Below are positions 16,900-26,165 of a stretch of 50,409 nucleotides of DNA, one piece after another. Position 1 is the stretch's first letter, and every line of letters starts with the position of its first letter. The DNA is from Kiritimatiellia bacterium (GTDB taxonomy: Bacteria > Verrucomicrobiota > Kiritimatiellia > RFP12 > UBA1067): the NCBI GenBank assembly GCA_017418445.1, contig JAFONM010000003.1, positions 1 through 50,409 of the forward strand. Direction: 5' to 3'. Made by a program: the position numbers and the translations under genes. Below the pieces are notes generated by a model. It was given only the letters and a program-made list of their open reading frames with translations. It did not search any database and was not told the DNA's origin.

Positions 16900-17562
16900 A
16901 TGACGGCAAGGGACATTCCGGCTGTAGACAGGGCTCTCAAGCGGGAGTTCAAAGCGCATGCCGCGCCGGTCATCGAACTCATCGAGGCCCAGACGCACGA
17001 TCCGTTTTCGGTGCTCGTCGGGACGATCCTTTCCGCAAGAACGAAGGACGCCTGCACGACCGGCGCCGTGAAGCGGCTCTTCGCGAAGAAGGCCGGAAGG
17101 CTCTTCGCGCCGTCGGACCTCGAGAGGCTGTCCCAGTCCGAAATCGAGAAGCTCATATATCCCGTCGGATTCTTCCGCGACAAGGCGCGGCACCTGAAGG
17201 AGCTGCCGCGGGTCCTCGGGGAGAAGTTCGGCGGAGTGCTGCCGCACACGGTTGAAGAGCTCTGCGAACTGCCGGGAGTCGGACGCAAGACCGCGAACCT
17301 CACGGTCGCCGTCGGATTCGATCTTCCCGCGATATGCGTGGACGTCCACGTCCACAGGATATGCAACTGGCTCGAGCTCGTCCGCACGAAGAAGCCGGTC
17401 GAGACGGAAATGGAGCTCCGCAGAATCCTGCCGGTCCGCTACTGGAAGACGTGGAACAGCCATCTCGTCAGCTTCGGACAGACGCGCTGCGATCCTGCGC
17501 ATCCGAAGTGCGGCGGATGTCCGATATCGAAATACTGCCGCTCTCCGAAGAAGAAGGGATAG
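16900..17562 (+). CDS. nth: endonuclease III
   Basis: HhH-GPD motif (LCELPGVGRKTANLTV) and a C-x6-C-x2-C-x5-C 4Fe-4S cluster loop (CDPAHPKCGGCPISKYC). Confidence 0.9.
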   Translation: MTARDIPAVDRALKREFKAHAAPVIELIEAQTHDPFSVLVGTILSARTKDACTTGAVKRLFAKKAGRLFAPSDLERLSQSEIEKLIYPVGFFRDKARHLKELPRVLGEKFGGVLPHTVEELCELPGVGRKTANLTVAVGFDLPAICVDVHVHRICNWLELVRTKKPVETEMELRRILPVRYWKTWNSHLVSFGQTRCDPAHPKCGGCPISKYCRSPKKKG

Positions 17563-17566
17563 GAAG

Positions 17567-18289
17567 ATGCTTCACGTCGTTGCGACGCCGATAGGGAATC
17601 TCGGGGACATGTCCGAGCGCGGACTCGCCGCGCTCAGGTCCGCCTCGCTCATAGCCTGCGAGGACACCCGCCGCACGTGGCAGCTCCTCTCGCACTTCGG
17701 GATTCCGCGTCCCGAGATGATCTCCTACAGACAGGGCAACGAGGACCGCGTCACGGAGACGGTCGTCTCCGCGGTGAAGGCGGGACGCGAGGTCGTGCTC
17801 TGCTCGGACGGCGGATATCCCGGCATCTCGGATCCGGGCTACAGGCTCCTCCGCACGTGCGCGAAGGAAGGCGTCCCCTACGAGGTGGTCCCAGGAGCGA
17901 GCGCGGTGAACGTGGCGCTGCTGACGAGCGGACTCTCCACGAGCTCCTTCACGTTCCGCGGATTCCCCCCGCGCGGACCCGGCGCGCTCAGGAACTGGTT
18001 CGCTGAGGACGCGGACAGGGAGCACACGCTCATCCTCTACGAGTCGCCGTTCCGCGTGGGCGCGACGCTCGCGGCGGCGCTCGACGCGCTTGGGGACCGC
18101 GAGGCGGCCGTGTGCATAGAGCTCACGAAGCTTCACGAAAGGGTTTCGCGCGGATATCTTTCGGATCTTGCGAAGGAATTCGCTGGCGCGAAGGTGAAGG
18201 GCGAGGTCGCGATAGTGATAGCGGGGTCCAACCCGAAGTTCCGCCGCGGCGGAGAGTCGGAATCGGAGAAAATGGAGGGAATCTCATGA
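17567..18289 (+). CDS. rsmI: 16S rRNA (cytidine1402-2'-O)-methyltransferase
   Basis: MLHVVATPIGNLGDMSERGL...IACEDTRRT...LYESPFR is a tetrapyrrole-methylase-fold RsmI signature. Confidence 0.85.
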   Translation: MLHVVATPIGNLGDMSERGLAALRSASLIACEDTRRTWQLLSHFGIPRPEMISYRQGNEDRVTETVVSAVKAGREVVLCSDGGYPGISDPGYRLLRTCAKEGVPYEVVPGASAVNVALLTSGLSTSSFTFRGFPPRGPGALRNWFAEDADREHTLILYESPFRVGATLAAALDALGDREAAVCIELTKLHERVSRGYLSDLAKEFAGAKVKGEVAIVIAGSNPKFRRGGESESEKMEGIS

Positions 18290-19338
18290 AGTCAGGTCCT
18301 GTTGTTTCGCTTCTTGCGGCGATTGCCGCCTGTGCGGCCGGCCTTTGCGGATGCGCCACGGCGCAGCTCGGCGGAGGGGAAAAGGTGAAGGTCGTCCTCG
18401 ACACCGACATGATTTCGGACTTCGACGACATGGGGGCCCTTGCGATGCTGCACGCGCTCGCCGACGCCGGGGAGTGCGAGATCCTCGCGACCATAAGCTG
18501 CACGAAGGACAACGGATCCGTCGCCGCAGTTGAGATCTGCAACGCCTATTACGGACGTCCGGACATTCCGGTCGGATGCACGAAGGCTCCGGGCGCCGTC
18601 TCGGGGAAACCCTGGGGGCACGACAAGTTCCTGAAGCTCCAGAAGAAGTATCCCGGGACGTTCCGATATGCCGACAGCGACGACGCGCCCGACGCGGTGG
18701 ACGTCTACCGCAGGGTCCTTGCGGCGCAGCCGGACGGGAGCGTCGTCGTCTGCTCGCTCGGATTCCTCACGAACATGCGGACGCTTCTGGAATCGAAGCC
18801 GGACGCCCATTCGCCGCTTTCGGGCCGGGACCTCGTGAAGGCGAAGGTGAAGAAGTGGGTGGCGATGGCCTGCTTCTATCCGTACGGACGGGAATACAAT
18901 TCGGCGGGGGATGCGGAATCATCGCGCATCGCTCTCCGCGACTGGCCGACACCGATCGTGATCACGGACTTCCAGTACGGACGCCACCTCTATGCGGGGC
19001 GCGCAGTCGCCGAATCCGGGATGGAGGACAATCCCGTCGCGGATGTCTTCAGGTGGGGACTCGAGCCGAGGGAGAAGATCACGCCGACGAGCTGGGACCA
19101 GCTCGCGGGGCACCCTAGCTGGGACGAGAGCGCGGTCCTGATCGCGGTGCGCGGGGAGGACTCGATCTGCGCCGTCGAGCGCGGCTACTACGAGATGACG
19201 GACGACAAGGGCAACGACACGTGGCGCTACAGGCTCGACTCGCCCCACTGCCGCGTCCTCCCGAAGCTTTCCCGCGAGGAGGTCGGCGCCATCATGGACG
19301 AACTGATGCTCCGCCCGCCCCTCTCGGCAGCTCAGTAG
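18286..19338 (+). CDS. lipoprotein, inosine-uridine-preferring nucleoside hydrolase-like
   Basis: Lipobox-like AAGLCGC. VVLDTDMISDFDDMGALAMLHAL is a DxDxxxDD motif. The ATG overlaps the rsmI stop (ATGA). Confidence 0.65.
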   Translation: MKSGPVVSLLAAIAACAAGLCGCATAQLGGGEKVKVVLDTDMISDFDDMGALAMLHALADAGECEILATISCTKDNGSVAAVEICNAYYGRPDIPVGCTKAPGAVSGKPWGHDKFLKLQKKYPGTFRYADSDDAPDAVDVYRRVLAAQPDGSVVVCSLGFLTNMRTLLESKPDAHSPLSGRDLVKAKVKKWVAMACFYPYGREYNSAGDAESSRIALRDWPTPIVITDFQYGRHLYAGRAVAESGMEDNPVADVFRWGLEPREKITPTSWDQLAGHPSWDESAVLIAVRGEDSICAVERGYYEMTDDKGNDTWRYRLDSPHCRVLPKLSREEVGAIMDELMLRPPLSAAQ

Positions 19339-19388
19339 CGTGGCAGTAGATAATGGTTGCGAGCGGGATGCACAAGGCGGGCGGGATT

Positions 19389-19397
19389 TGGTATAAT
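19389..19397 (+). promoter_or_regulatory. extended -10 box TGGTATAAT
   Basis: Exact motif 31 nt upstream of ATG 19429, which has an AAGGAGG RBS. Confidence 0.5.
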
Positions 19398-19428
19398 GAA
19401 GCCGTTTTGAGCCGCAAGGAGGAGTGCC

Positions 19429-21573
19429 ATGACGTTGATTGACGAGAATCCTGCATTTGCGGGGACTGTCCCCGCGAATTCCAAATGGCGGGCGGCGGTT
19501 GGCCTCGTCCTCGCGCTGTCGGCGGCGCTTGCCGCGCAGGCTGCGGACGGCGAGCGGCGGGGAATTGCCTTGCCGGTCCCGGTTTCGCCGCCGACGTTTG
19601 AAATCGACGGGCGCGAGGTGGGCGGCGAGGTCGTTGCGTGGGAGTCGTCCGGGAAGGAGGTCGAACATGCCGACGGCGTGCTTGAGCGCGCGCAGTCCGG
19701 CGTGCTGCGCGAATACCCGTCCGCCCGCCTGACACTTCGCACGCGCCAGCGCAGGGGTTCGCCGGTCGTCCGGTTCCGCTATGAACTGGAAGCGCTCGCG
19801 CCCGAGGGGTTCGCGCTCACGAAGGCATCGGGCCGCGACAATCTCGTCTACGGGTCGGTTCCCGTCGCGCCCGGGGCTCGGATGACGGAAATCCGGCTGA
19901 GCGAATACGACCCGCTCTGCCACTGCCATCGCCTGACTGAAACGCCGATGCCCGACACGTCTTTCGTGGACGGGCTCTCCGCCGTCGGCCCGATTGTCGC
20001 GATAGAAGCCGGGGACCGAACCGCGCTTCTTGCCTATGAACATGGTTCGCAGTCGACGGATCGTTTCGTCGCGTTCGCCTGCACGCCGAACCGCCGGCTC
20101 GAGATCCGGGCGGTGAAGGGCAACTATTGGCGGGGACGTCGCATCGTGCCGGGGAGGTCCTACGAGACAATCTGGCTGCAGGCGGCGGAAGTCCAGGGCG
20201 GGATCGACGCGATGGCCGCGGCCTACCGGGCCTTCCAGCTCAAAGGCGCGACGGACAACCCCGCCTCGCGCGCGCCGCTGATCTTCTACAACACGTGGGC
20301 GAGCCAGGAGCGCGACTACTTCTGGGGCGGAAGCCGCAAGTACCTCAACCTCATGAACGAGAAGCGCATCCTCGCGGACATCGACCGCGCGGCGGAAATG
20401 AACATCGACGTGTTTGTCGTCGACACGGGCTGGTTCGAGAAGTCGGGCGACTGGCGCGTCAGCCGGGAGCGGTTCCCGAACGGACTCGAACCGATCGTCG
20501 CGCGGCTGCGCGAGAAGGGGATGCAGCTCGGGCTCTGGTTCAGCCCGACCGAGGCGGCGGAATCGAGCGCAATCCACACGCGGCATCCGGAGGCCGTCCT
20601 GTCGCTGAACGGCATCGCCTCCGAGCCGCATTCCGTCTGGGAGACGGAACAGAGCCGCTGCCATTGCCTTGTGAGCGAATACTGGCAGTCGGTCGCGGAC
20701 GAACTCATACGCTGCCATCGCGACTGGGGCGTGACGTATTTCAAGTGGGACGCAATCGGCCAGTATGGGTGCGACTCGCCCAACCACTTCCACGGCGACG
20801 CATCCGTCCCGGCGGCTGAACGGGCGGACTGCTACGCCTTCGAACAGGTGAGGTACATGGCGCGAATCGTCGACAGGCTCTGCGAAGCGTGCCCCGGGGC
20901 GATCGTCGACTTCGACGTGACGGAGGGCGGGCGGTGCGTCGGCCTCGCGTTCCTCGCCTCGGGGAAGTACTTTGCCGTGAACAACGGCCCGTACTTCCCC
21001 GACCTCGACCACCCCTACGACAGGTCGGCCGCCAGCTACTGGAGCAATGTCTTCGTCTATCCCGGCTCCGCCCGTCCGCGCGTTGCGCGCACGACGCTCG
21101 ACTTCGACCGCTGGATTCCGTCCGTCCTCTTCCTGACGCACTATCTGCCCGACGCGCCGCGCACGAGCCAGAAGATCAACCTTGCCTCGCTCGTGCTCGG
21201 GCAGAACGGCATCTGGGGCGATCTCAGCGTGCTGACGCAGGAGGACCGGGCCTGGTTCGGGGAGGCGCTTGCGGCCTACAAACGCGTGCGCGACGCGATT
21301 ACCTCCGCGCCGCCCCTGCGCACAGGCGTGCGCGGAGGATCGCCTGAAGTCCACGAGAAGCTCGCGGCGGATGGCGCCGGCGCCCTTGCCGTGTTCGCGG
21401 CGGGCGGCGAGCACACTTATGTGACTGCGCATCGCGCGGGGCCTGTCGCCTGGAAAACGGACAATGTCACGGTCTCGCAGGCATCCGATGGCCGTGCGCG
21501 GGCGACATGCCGGTTTGATGGCCCGGATGCCGCGCTTGTGTTGTTCGAGCCCGCGCCGGTTCACGGGAAATAG
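19429..21573 (+). CDS. exported GH36-like alpha-galactosidase family protein
   Basis: Signal-like AAVGLVLALSAALAAQA. The barrel region FYNTWASQ...IDVFVVDTGWFEKSGDWRV...FPNGLEPIVARLREKGMQLGLWFSPTE...YFKWDAIGQ matches the GH36 layout (DDGWF / GLWxEPE / KWD). Confidence 0.6.
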   Translation: MTLIDENPAFAGTVPANSKWRAAVGLVLALSAALAAQAADGERRGIALPVPVSPPTFEIDGREVGGEVVAWESSGKEVEHADGVLERAQSGVLREYPSARLTLRTRQRRGSPVVRFRYELEALAPEGFALTKASGRDNLVYGSVPVAPGARMTEIRLSEYDPLCHCHRLTETPMPDTSFVDGLSAVGPIVAIEAGDRTALLAYEHGSQSTDRFVAFACTPNRRLEIRAVKGNYWRGRRIVPGRSYETIWLQAAEVQGGIDAMAAAYRAFQLKGATDNPASRAPLIFYNTWASQERDYFWGGSRKYLNLMNEKRILADIDRAAEMNIDVFVVDTGWFEKSGDWRVSRERFPNGLEPIVARLREKGMQLGLWFSPTEAAESSAIHTRHPEAVLSLNGIASEPHSVWETEQSRCHCLVSEYWQSVADELIRCHRDWGVTYFKWDAIGQYGCDSPNHFHGDASVPAAERADCYAFEQVRYMARIVDRLCEACPGAIVDFDVTEGGRCVGLAFLASGKYFAVNNGPYFPDLDHPYDRSAASYWSNVFVYPGSARPRVARTTLDFDRWIPSVLFLTHYLPDAPRTSQKINLASLVLGQNGIWGDLSVLTQEDRAWFGEALAAYKRVRDAITSAPPLRTGVRGGSPEVHEKLAADGAGALAVFAAGGEHTYVTAHRAGPVAWKTDNVTVSQASDGRARATCRFDGPDAALVLFEPAPVHGK

Positions 21574-21714
21574 CCTCTGTCCGTCGGTAGTTGTAGATCC
21601 CGCGGAACGGGATCAAATGCGCACCACCCGCGACGCGAAGGAGATTGCCAAGCTGCTGGTAATTGAGACGTCTATTGATTTCTTGAAATACGAGTAGGCG
21701 AGAGTCCTAAAATA

Positions 21715-21770
21715 TATCAGTCAAAGTTCCGAAAATCTATCAGTTAAAGTTCCGAAAATCTATCAGTCAG
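21715..21770 (+). repeat. 23-bp tandem repeat, 2.4 copies (TATCAGTYAAAGTTCCGAAAATC)
   Basis: Units at 21715..21737 and 21738..21760 differ by 1 nt; a partial third unit covers 21761..21770. The array sits immediately upstream of the promoter below. Confidence 0.85.
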
Positions 21771-21771
21771 G

Positions 21772-21801
21772 TTGACGGATCTCGAGTTAAAATGCTATAA
21801 T
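21772..21801 (+). promoter_or_regulatory. near-consensus sigma70-type promoter (TTGACG, 18 nt spacer, TGCTATAAT)
   Basis: -35 TTGACG at 21772..21777 and extended -10 TGCTATAAT at 21793..21801, ~24 nt upstream of ATG 21825. Confidence 0.55.
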
Positions 21802-21824
21802 GCACTCAAAATCTGTTGAAAATT

Positions 21825-23093
21825 ATGGACAAAAGCAAGTATAGGCAAAGGCTGATAGATCCAAAGGTGGATTTTTATCTTTCTACTTTTGGTGCGGTAT
21901 GCATTGAAGGACCAAAATGGTGCGGCAAGACATGGACTAGCACCATGCACGCTAAAAGTGCGTTTATGTTAGCCGACCCTGAGGACAACTTTGCAAACCG
22001 GGAGCTTGCAAAGATGGACGTTTCCAAGGCTCTTGTCGGCGAGTCACCCCATCTTATAGACGAATGGCAGGAAGTTGCGTCTATATGGGATGCCGTCCGC
22101 TATTCCGTTGATCAGTCCACGGAATCCGGTCGCTATATTCTTACTGGTTCGTCTACCCCGTCGAAAAAAGGAGTCGTTCACTCAGGCACCGGTAGGATTG
22201 CAAGTCTCGCCATGCATCCGATGAGTTTGTTCGAGAGGGGCGAGTCTTCCGGGGTCGTTTCCGTGTCCGACGTCTGCGCGGGCAAGGACATCGGCGTACA
22301 GACGACAAAAAGCCCTTCGCTTGAGGAACTGGTTGCTTTTGTCGTTGGCGGAGGATGGCCGGGTTCCATAGGCAAGACGCCGCGTCAGGCTGCCGCCATT
22401 CCGCATGAGTACGTGGAGAACGTCATCAAGGTCGATATGTCCAAGCTGGATGGCATAGAACGCGACCAGGCGAAGGTCCGCAAGTGCCTGCGGTCGCTTG
22501 CCCGGAACGAATCGACCACGGTTGCCCTGGCCACCATACGCAACGACATAGAGGAGGTCGATGCAACGTCGCTCAGCATTAACACCGTAAGTGAATATCT
22601 CGACGCATTCAGGCGAATCTATCTTACGAACGACATCGAGCCGTTCTCCACTTTCTTACGTTCGCCAGCCAGGATAAAGCAGTCTCCGAAGCGGCATTTC
22701 TGCGACCCGTCCATAGCTGCGGCCCTTTTGGGCGCGTCGGAGAAGATGCTTTTGCGGGATTTGCGGACATTCGGTTTTCTTTTCGAGTCGCTTGCGATTC
22801 GAGATCTTCAGATATATGCAGAATCCATCGACGCGAAGCTCTACCATTATCAGGACTACGACGGCAGGGAAATCGACGCAGTCATCCAGTTTGACGACGG
22901 TGCATGGAGTGCGTTTGAAATCAAACTTAACCCCAATGATGCTGATGAGGCCGCAGCCAATCTGAAAAAGGTTGCGTCCATTTTCAGGCACAATCCGCCG
23001 ACGTCGCTTTCCGTGGTGGTTGGAAAATCCGGAATTGCGCACAGACGCGAGGACGGCGTCTATGTCTTGCCGATAACTTCCCTGCGCCCATGA
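21825..23093 (+). CDS. AAA+ ATPase with DUF4143 C-terminal domain (AAA_14/DUF4143 family)
   Basis: Walker A-like GPKWCGKT, Walker B-like HLIDEWQ and YILTGSS. The C-terminal part (YHYQDYDGREIDAVI...WSAFEIK) is typical of the DUF4143 PD-(D/E)xK-like module. G+C is low. Confidence 0.75.
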   Translation: MDKSKYRQRLIDPKVDFYLSTFGAVCIEGPKWCGKTWTSTMHAKSAFMLADPEDNFANRELAKMDVSKALVGESPHLIDEWQEVASIWDAVRYSVDQSTESGRYILTGSSTPSKKGVVHSGTGRIASLAMHPMSLFERGESSGVVSVSDVCAGKDIGVQTTKSPSLEELVAFVVGGGWPGSIGKTPRQAAAIPHEYVENVIKVDMSKLDGIERDQAKVRKCLRSLARNESTTVALATIRNDIEEVDATSLSINTVSEYLDAFRRIYLTNDIEPFSTFLRSPARIKQSPKRHFCDPSIAAALLGASEKMLLRDLRTFGFLFESLAIRDLQIYAESIDAKLYHYQDYDGREIDAVIQFDDGAWSAFEIKLNPNDADEAAANLKKVASIFRHNPPTSLSVVVGKSGIAHRREDGVYVLPITSLRP

Positions 23094-23212
23094 CAGCGTG
23101 GCAAGACGCGCACTGGAGAAGAGCATGCGTGGAAAATGTCGCTGGCCGCGCTCGCGTAGGTGAGGACAAATGATCCGAACCTTTGATTTTCACCCCACAA
23201 AACCACGTTTTT

Positions 23213-23221
23213 TGGTATAAT
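23213..23221 (+). promoter_or_regulatory. extended -10 box TGGTATAAT, 9 nt from ATG 23231
   Basis: TGGTATAAT-GCCCGAGCC-ATG. No Shine-Dalgarno sequence can fit in the gap. Confidence 0.5.
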
Positions 23222-23230
23222 GCCCGAGCC

Positions 23231-24490
23231 ATGAACACAAAGACTCTTACGGCCGCCTTCGCGGCATTGGCGATGATCGCTCCCCTCGTGGCGAGGGCCG
23301 CGTTTGCGCCGGAAAACACGAACACGGTCACGTTCGTCGGGCGCACGCTCGACTACTACCACCACGGCAGCGATCCGGCGTGGGGCGCCAGGAACCCCGC
23401 CCAGGAGGACGCCTTCGCCGTTCTGCACCCGAAGGACGGCGCACGCGAGAACGCGCCGCTCTACGTCGTGCTGCATTCAGCCGGCCACTCGCTCCAGACA
23501 TGCCTCGACTGCCTTCCGAAGCGCCACAACCACGACATCTACACGCCGCCGGACGACTTCTATGCGCTCTATGTCGACTGCCGCGCCAACTCAAAGACGG
23601 ACTGGTGGTGGGGACAGTCGGGCAAGGGGCTCGAGGAGACTCCGGTCGAGAAGCGCATCCTCGCAACGGTGAAGTGGACGGTCGGGAAATACGGCATCGA
23701 CCCGAACCGCGTCTACCTCGTGGGCAATTCCATGGGCGGCTCCGGCACGCTGGGCATCGGACTTCGCCATGGCGACGTGTTCGCGGCGCTCAAGGCGAAT
23801 GTCCCGGCGGGCGTCATCCACGTCTCGAACCGCCTGGGCTTCGTCGGTGAGCCGACGAATGAAGTCGAGCGTGCCGCGTTCGACAAGGCCGTCGCCTCGA
23901 TTCCCGATCCGCCCGTGCTCGTCGACTATTCCGCGCCGAACGACCAGTGGAGCAAGGGCCACGAGACATTTTACGCCGACATGGCGAAGCGCCGCTATGC
24001 CATACTCGGGTTCTGGGGCAATTTCGGCCACGCGAACGTGGACGTCGCGATTGCGCGGAGCAACGACATCATCCACGCCTTCGCGTGGACAAACCTCGTG
24101 CGGAACGCTGCGTATCCGGTCTTCACCGGAGCGAGCTGCGATTCCGCGATCGACTTCAAGTTCGGCGCCGGAGGGACGAAGGAGCCGGGGCAGGTCAACG
24201 GGTTCTTCCGCTGGCGCAATGTCTCCGACACGACCGACGCGGTGTCGCTCGAGCTTCGTCTTGTGACAGCCGAAGAGCTGAACTCGAAGTTCTTTACGCC
24301 TCCGTCGACGGCAACGGCCGACGTCGCGATTCGACGTTTGCAGCGCTTCTCCGTCCGGCCTGGCGACAGGGTGAAGTGGACGTTCGGGGATCAGAAAGGC
24401 GAGGCGACCGTAGGCGCAGACGGACTGCTTGCCGTCGGGAAGCTGACGATCTCCGCCGAGCCCGCCGTGCTGACGGTGACGAAGTCATAG
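23231..24490 (+). CDS. exported alpha/beta-hydrolase (esterase-like)
   Basis: Signal peptide MNTKTLTAAFAALAMIAPLVARA. Nucleophile elbow GNSMGG. A VVLHSAGH block is present. Confidence 0.6.
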   Translation: MNTKTLTAAFAALAMIAPLVARAAFAPENTNTVTFVGRTLDYYHHGSDPAWGARNPAQEDAFAVLHPKDGARENAPLYVVLHSAGHSLQTCLDCLPKRHNHDIYTPPDDFYALYVDCRANSKTDWWWGQSGKGLEETPVEKRILATVKWTVGKYGIDPNRVYLVGNSMGGSGTLGIGLRHGDVFAALKANVPAGVIHVSNRLGFVGEPTNEVERAAFDKAVASIPDPPVLVDYSAPNDQWSKGHETFYADMAKRRYAILGFWGNFGHANVDVAIARSNDIIHAFAWTNLVRNAAYPVFTGASCDSAIDFKFGAGGTKEPGQVNGFFRWRNVSDTTDAVSLELRLVTAEELNSKFFTPPSTATADVAIRRLQRFSVRPGDRVKWTFGDQKGEATVGADGLLAVGKLTISAEPAVLTVTKS

Positions 24491-24641
24491 GATCGGAGTG
24501 TTCGATCCCGGCGGTGGTGTCCGTCCCCTATTGAAGAACGGACACGTATCGTGTATAATATTCCAAAATGACGGTGTCGGGGCGGTTCCGAGGAGGGGGG
24601 CTTCAGACTGCCGTCAGACAACTGAAACAAGGAAAACACAA

Positions 24642-26165
24642 ATGATAGACATCAACAGACGCAGTTTTCTCTTCGGCTCTGCCGCGGCGACGGTGCTCGC
24701 CGGGTGCGCCACCAACAAGGTCGGTCTCCGTCCCGTCGGACCCGGCGAGGCGCACAACGTCGCGTTCATAGGCTTCGGCATTCAGGCGAGGTTCCTCCTC
24801 TCCGAGTTCCTCAAGTACGGCGACAAGCCCGAGTACAACTGCCGCGTCGTCGCGATCTGCGACTGCGACAAGACCCGCCGCGAGGACGGCGCCAAGCGCG
24901 TCAACGACCACTACAGGGACATGAAGTGCAGGGCCGTCGCCGACTTCCGCGACATCCTGCGCGATCCGTCGGTCGACATGGTTTGCATCGCGACGCCCGA
25001 CCACTGGCACGCCTACATGTCCGTCGAGGCCATGAAGCACGGCAAGGACGTCTACTGCGAGAAGCCCCTCACGTTCAGCCCCGACGAGGCGAAGAAGGTC
25101 TGGGCCGCGCAGGAGAAGTACGGACGCGTCTTCCAGACAGGCTCGATGCAGCGCAGCTGGCCCGTATTCCGCACCGCGGTGATGGTCGTCAGGAACGGCT
25201 TCATCGGCGACGTCAAGTACGTGGACGCGAACTACGGCAAGGGCGGAGAGAAGCTCGGCGGGCCATCCCATCCCGTCCGCTTCTTCGACGACCCCAAGAA
25301 CGCCGCCAAGGAGGGTGCGCCGAATCCGGACGTCGACTGGGACATGTGGCTCGGCCCGGCCAAGTGGCGTCCGTATTCGGACCAGCTCGCCCCGCGCGGC
25401 GTCCACGGTTTCTATCCGATGTTCTGGCGCTTCGACGACGACATCGGCACCGGCTACAACGGCGACTGGGGCGCGCACCACCTCGACATCGCGCAGTGGG
25501 GCATGGACATGGACAGGTCCGGACCCTACAGGATCATCCGCTCCGACGAGCCGTATTCGACCAACCTCTACCACGGCGGACGCCGCCAGTTCGGCATGAA
25601 GATGATGTTCCGTTCCAGGACCGGCGACATCGAGCTCTACCACGGTCCGTTCGGGACCTGGGGCACGGTGTTCTACGGGACGGACGGCATCGTCGCCGTC
25701 AACCGCGGCAAGATCGCGGTCTGGCAGGGGACGGGACTCGTCGTCCCGAATCCCGACATCCGCAGGCAGATCGCGGAAGGCACGTTCATGAAGGACAAGA
25801 TCGTCGCCTCGTCGATCGGCAAGGACTACGGAACCGACGCCGTCGACAAGAAGGACAACGCCCTCGACTCCGCGCTCAAGAAGCTGACCGACGAGTACAA
25901 GCTCGGCACCGCCCCGGTGCAGCTCTACAATAGCCCGAACCAGATCGAGAACTTCCTCGCGTGCGCGCTCTCGCGCAAGCCCACGATCTCCCCGGCGGAG
26001 ACCGGCGGCAGGAGCTCCATCCTCTGCCAGCTCTGCAACATGAGCTACGTCTACGACACCGGCTTCGACTGGGATCCCGTCAAGTGCGAGTTCGCGAACG
26101 GCACGGGCGTCGGACTCTCGCTCGGACGCGACCGCTACCGCAACGGCTGGGACGTCATCGTGTGA
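24642..26165 (+). CDS. Gfo/Idh/MocA-family oxidoreductase with a twin-arginine signal
   Basis: MIDINRRSFLFGSAAATVLAGC has a Tat RR motif followed by a Cys. Rossmann motif VAFIGFGIQA. EKP motif (VYCEKPL). Confidence 0.8.
   Translation: MIDINRRSFLFGSAAATVLAGCATNKVGLRPVGPGEAHNVAFIGFGIQARFLLSEFLKYGDKPEYNCRVVAICDCDKTRREDGAKRVNDHYRDMKCRAVADFRDILRDPSVDMVCIATPDHWHAYMSVEAMKHGKDVYCEKPLTFSPDEAKKVWAAQEKYGRVFQTGSMQRSWPVFRTAVMVVRNGFIGDVKYVDANYGKGGEKLGGPSHPVRFFDDPKNAAKEGAPNPDVDWDMWLGPAKWRPYSDQLAPRGVHGFYPMFWRFDDDIGTGYNGDWGAHHLDIAQWGMDMDRSGPYRIIRSDEPYSTNLYHGGRRQFGMKMMFRSRTGDIELYHGPFGTWGTVFYGTDGIVAVNRGKIAVWQGTGLVVPNPDIRRQIAEGTFMKDKIVASSIGKDYGTDAVDKKDNALDSALKKLTDEYKLGTAPVQLYNSPNQIENFLACALSRKPTISPAETGGRSSILCQLCNMSYVYDTGFDWDPVKCEFANGTGVGLSLGRDRYRNGWDVIV

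Noticed and set aside
18919-21564. 881-aa minus-strand ORF antisense to the GH36-like gene and the end of the nucleoside-hydrolase-like gene
   Set aside because: Arg-rich shadow ORF with no motifs. The plus-strand genes have family signatures and proper RBS/start contexts.
21715-21770. Possible CRISPR array (tandem 23-mers); the same question applies to the 78-bp repeats at 50210..50409
   Set aside because: The repeats are directly adjacent with no spacers. The first set is only 2.4 units long next to a promoter, and the second set is in frame within a coding sequence. No cas genes are present.
24490-24545. Two stem-loops after the esterase gene (GGATCG-GAGTGTT-CGATCC at 24490..24508 and GTGTCCGT-13 nt-ACGGACAC at 24517..24545) as intrinsic terminators
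   Set aside because: Neither is followed by a T-tract and the second has a large loop. They may still be RNA-stability or Rho-related elements, but they cannot be called terminators from sequence alone.
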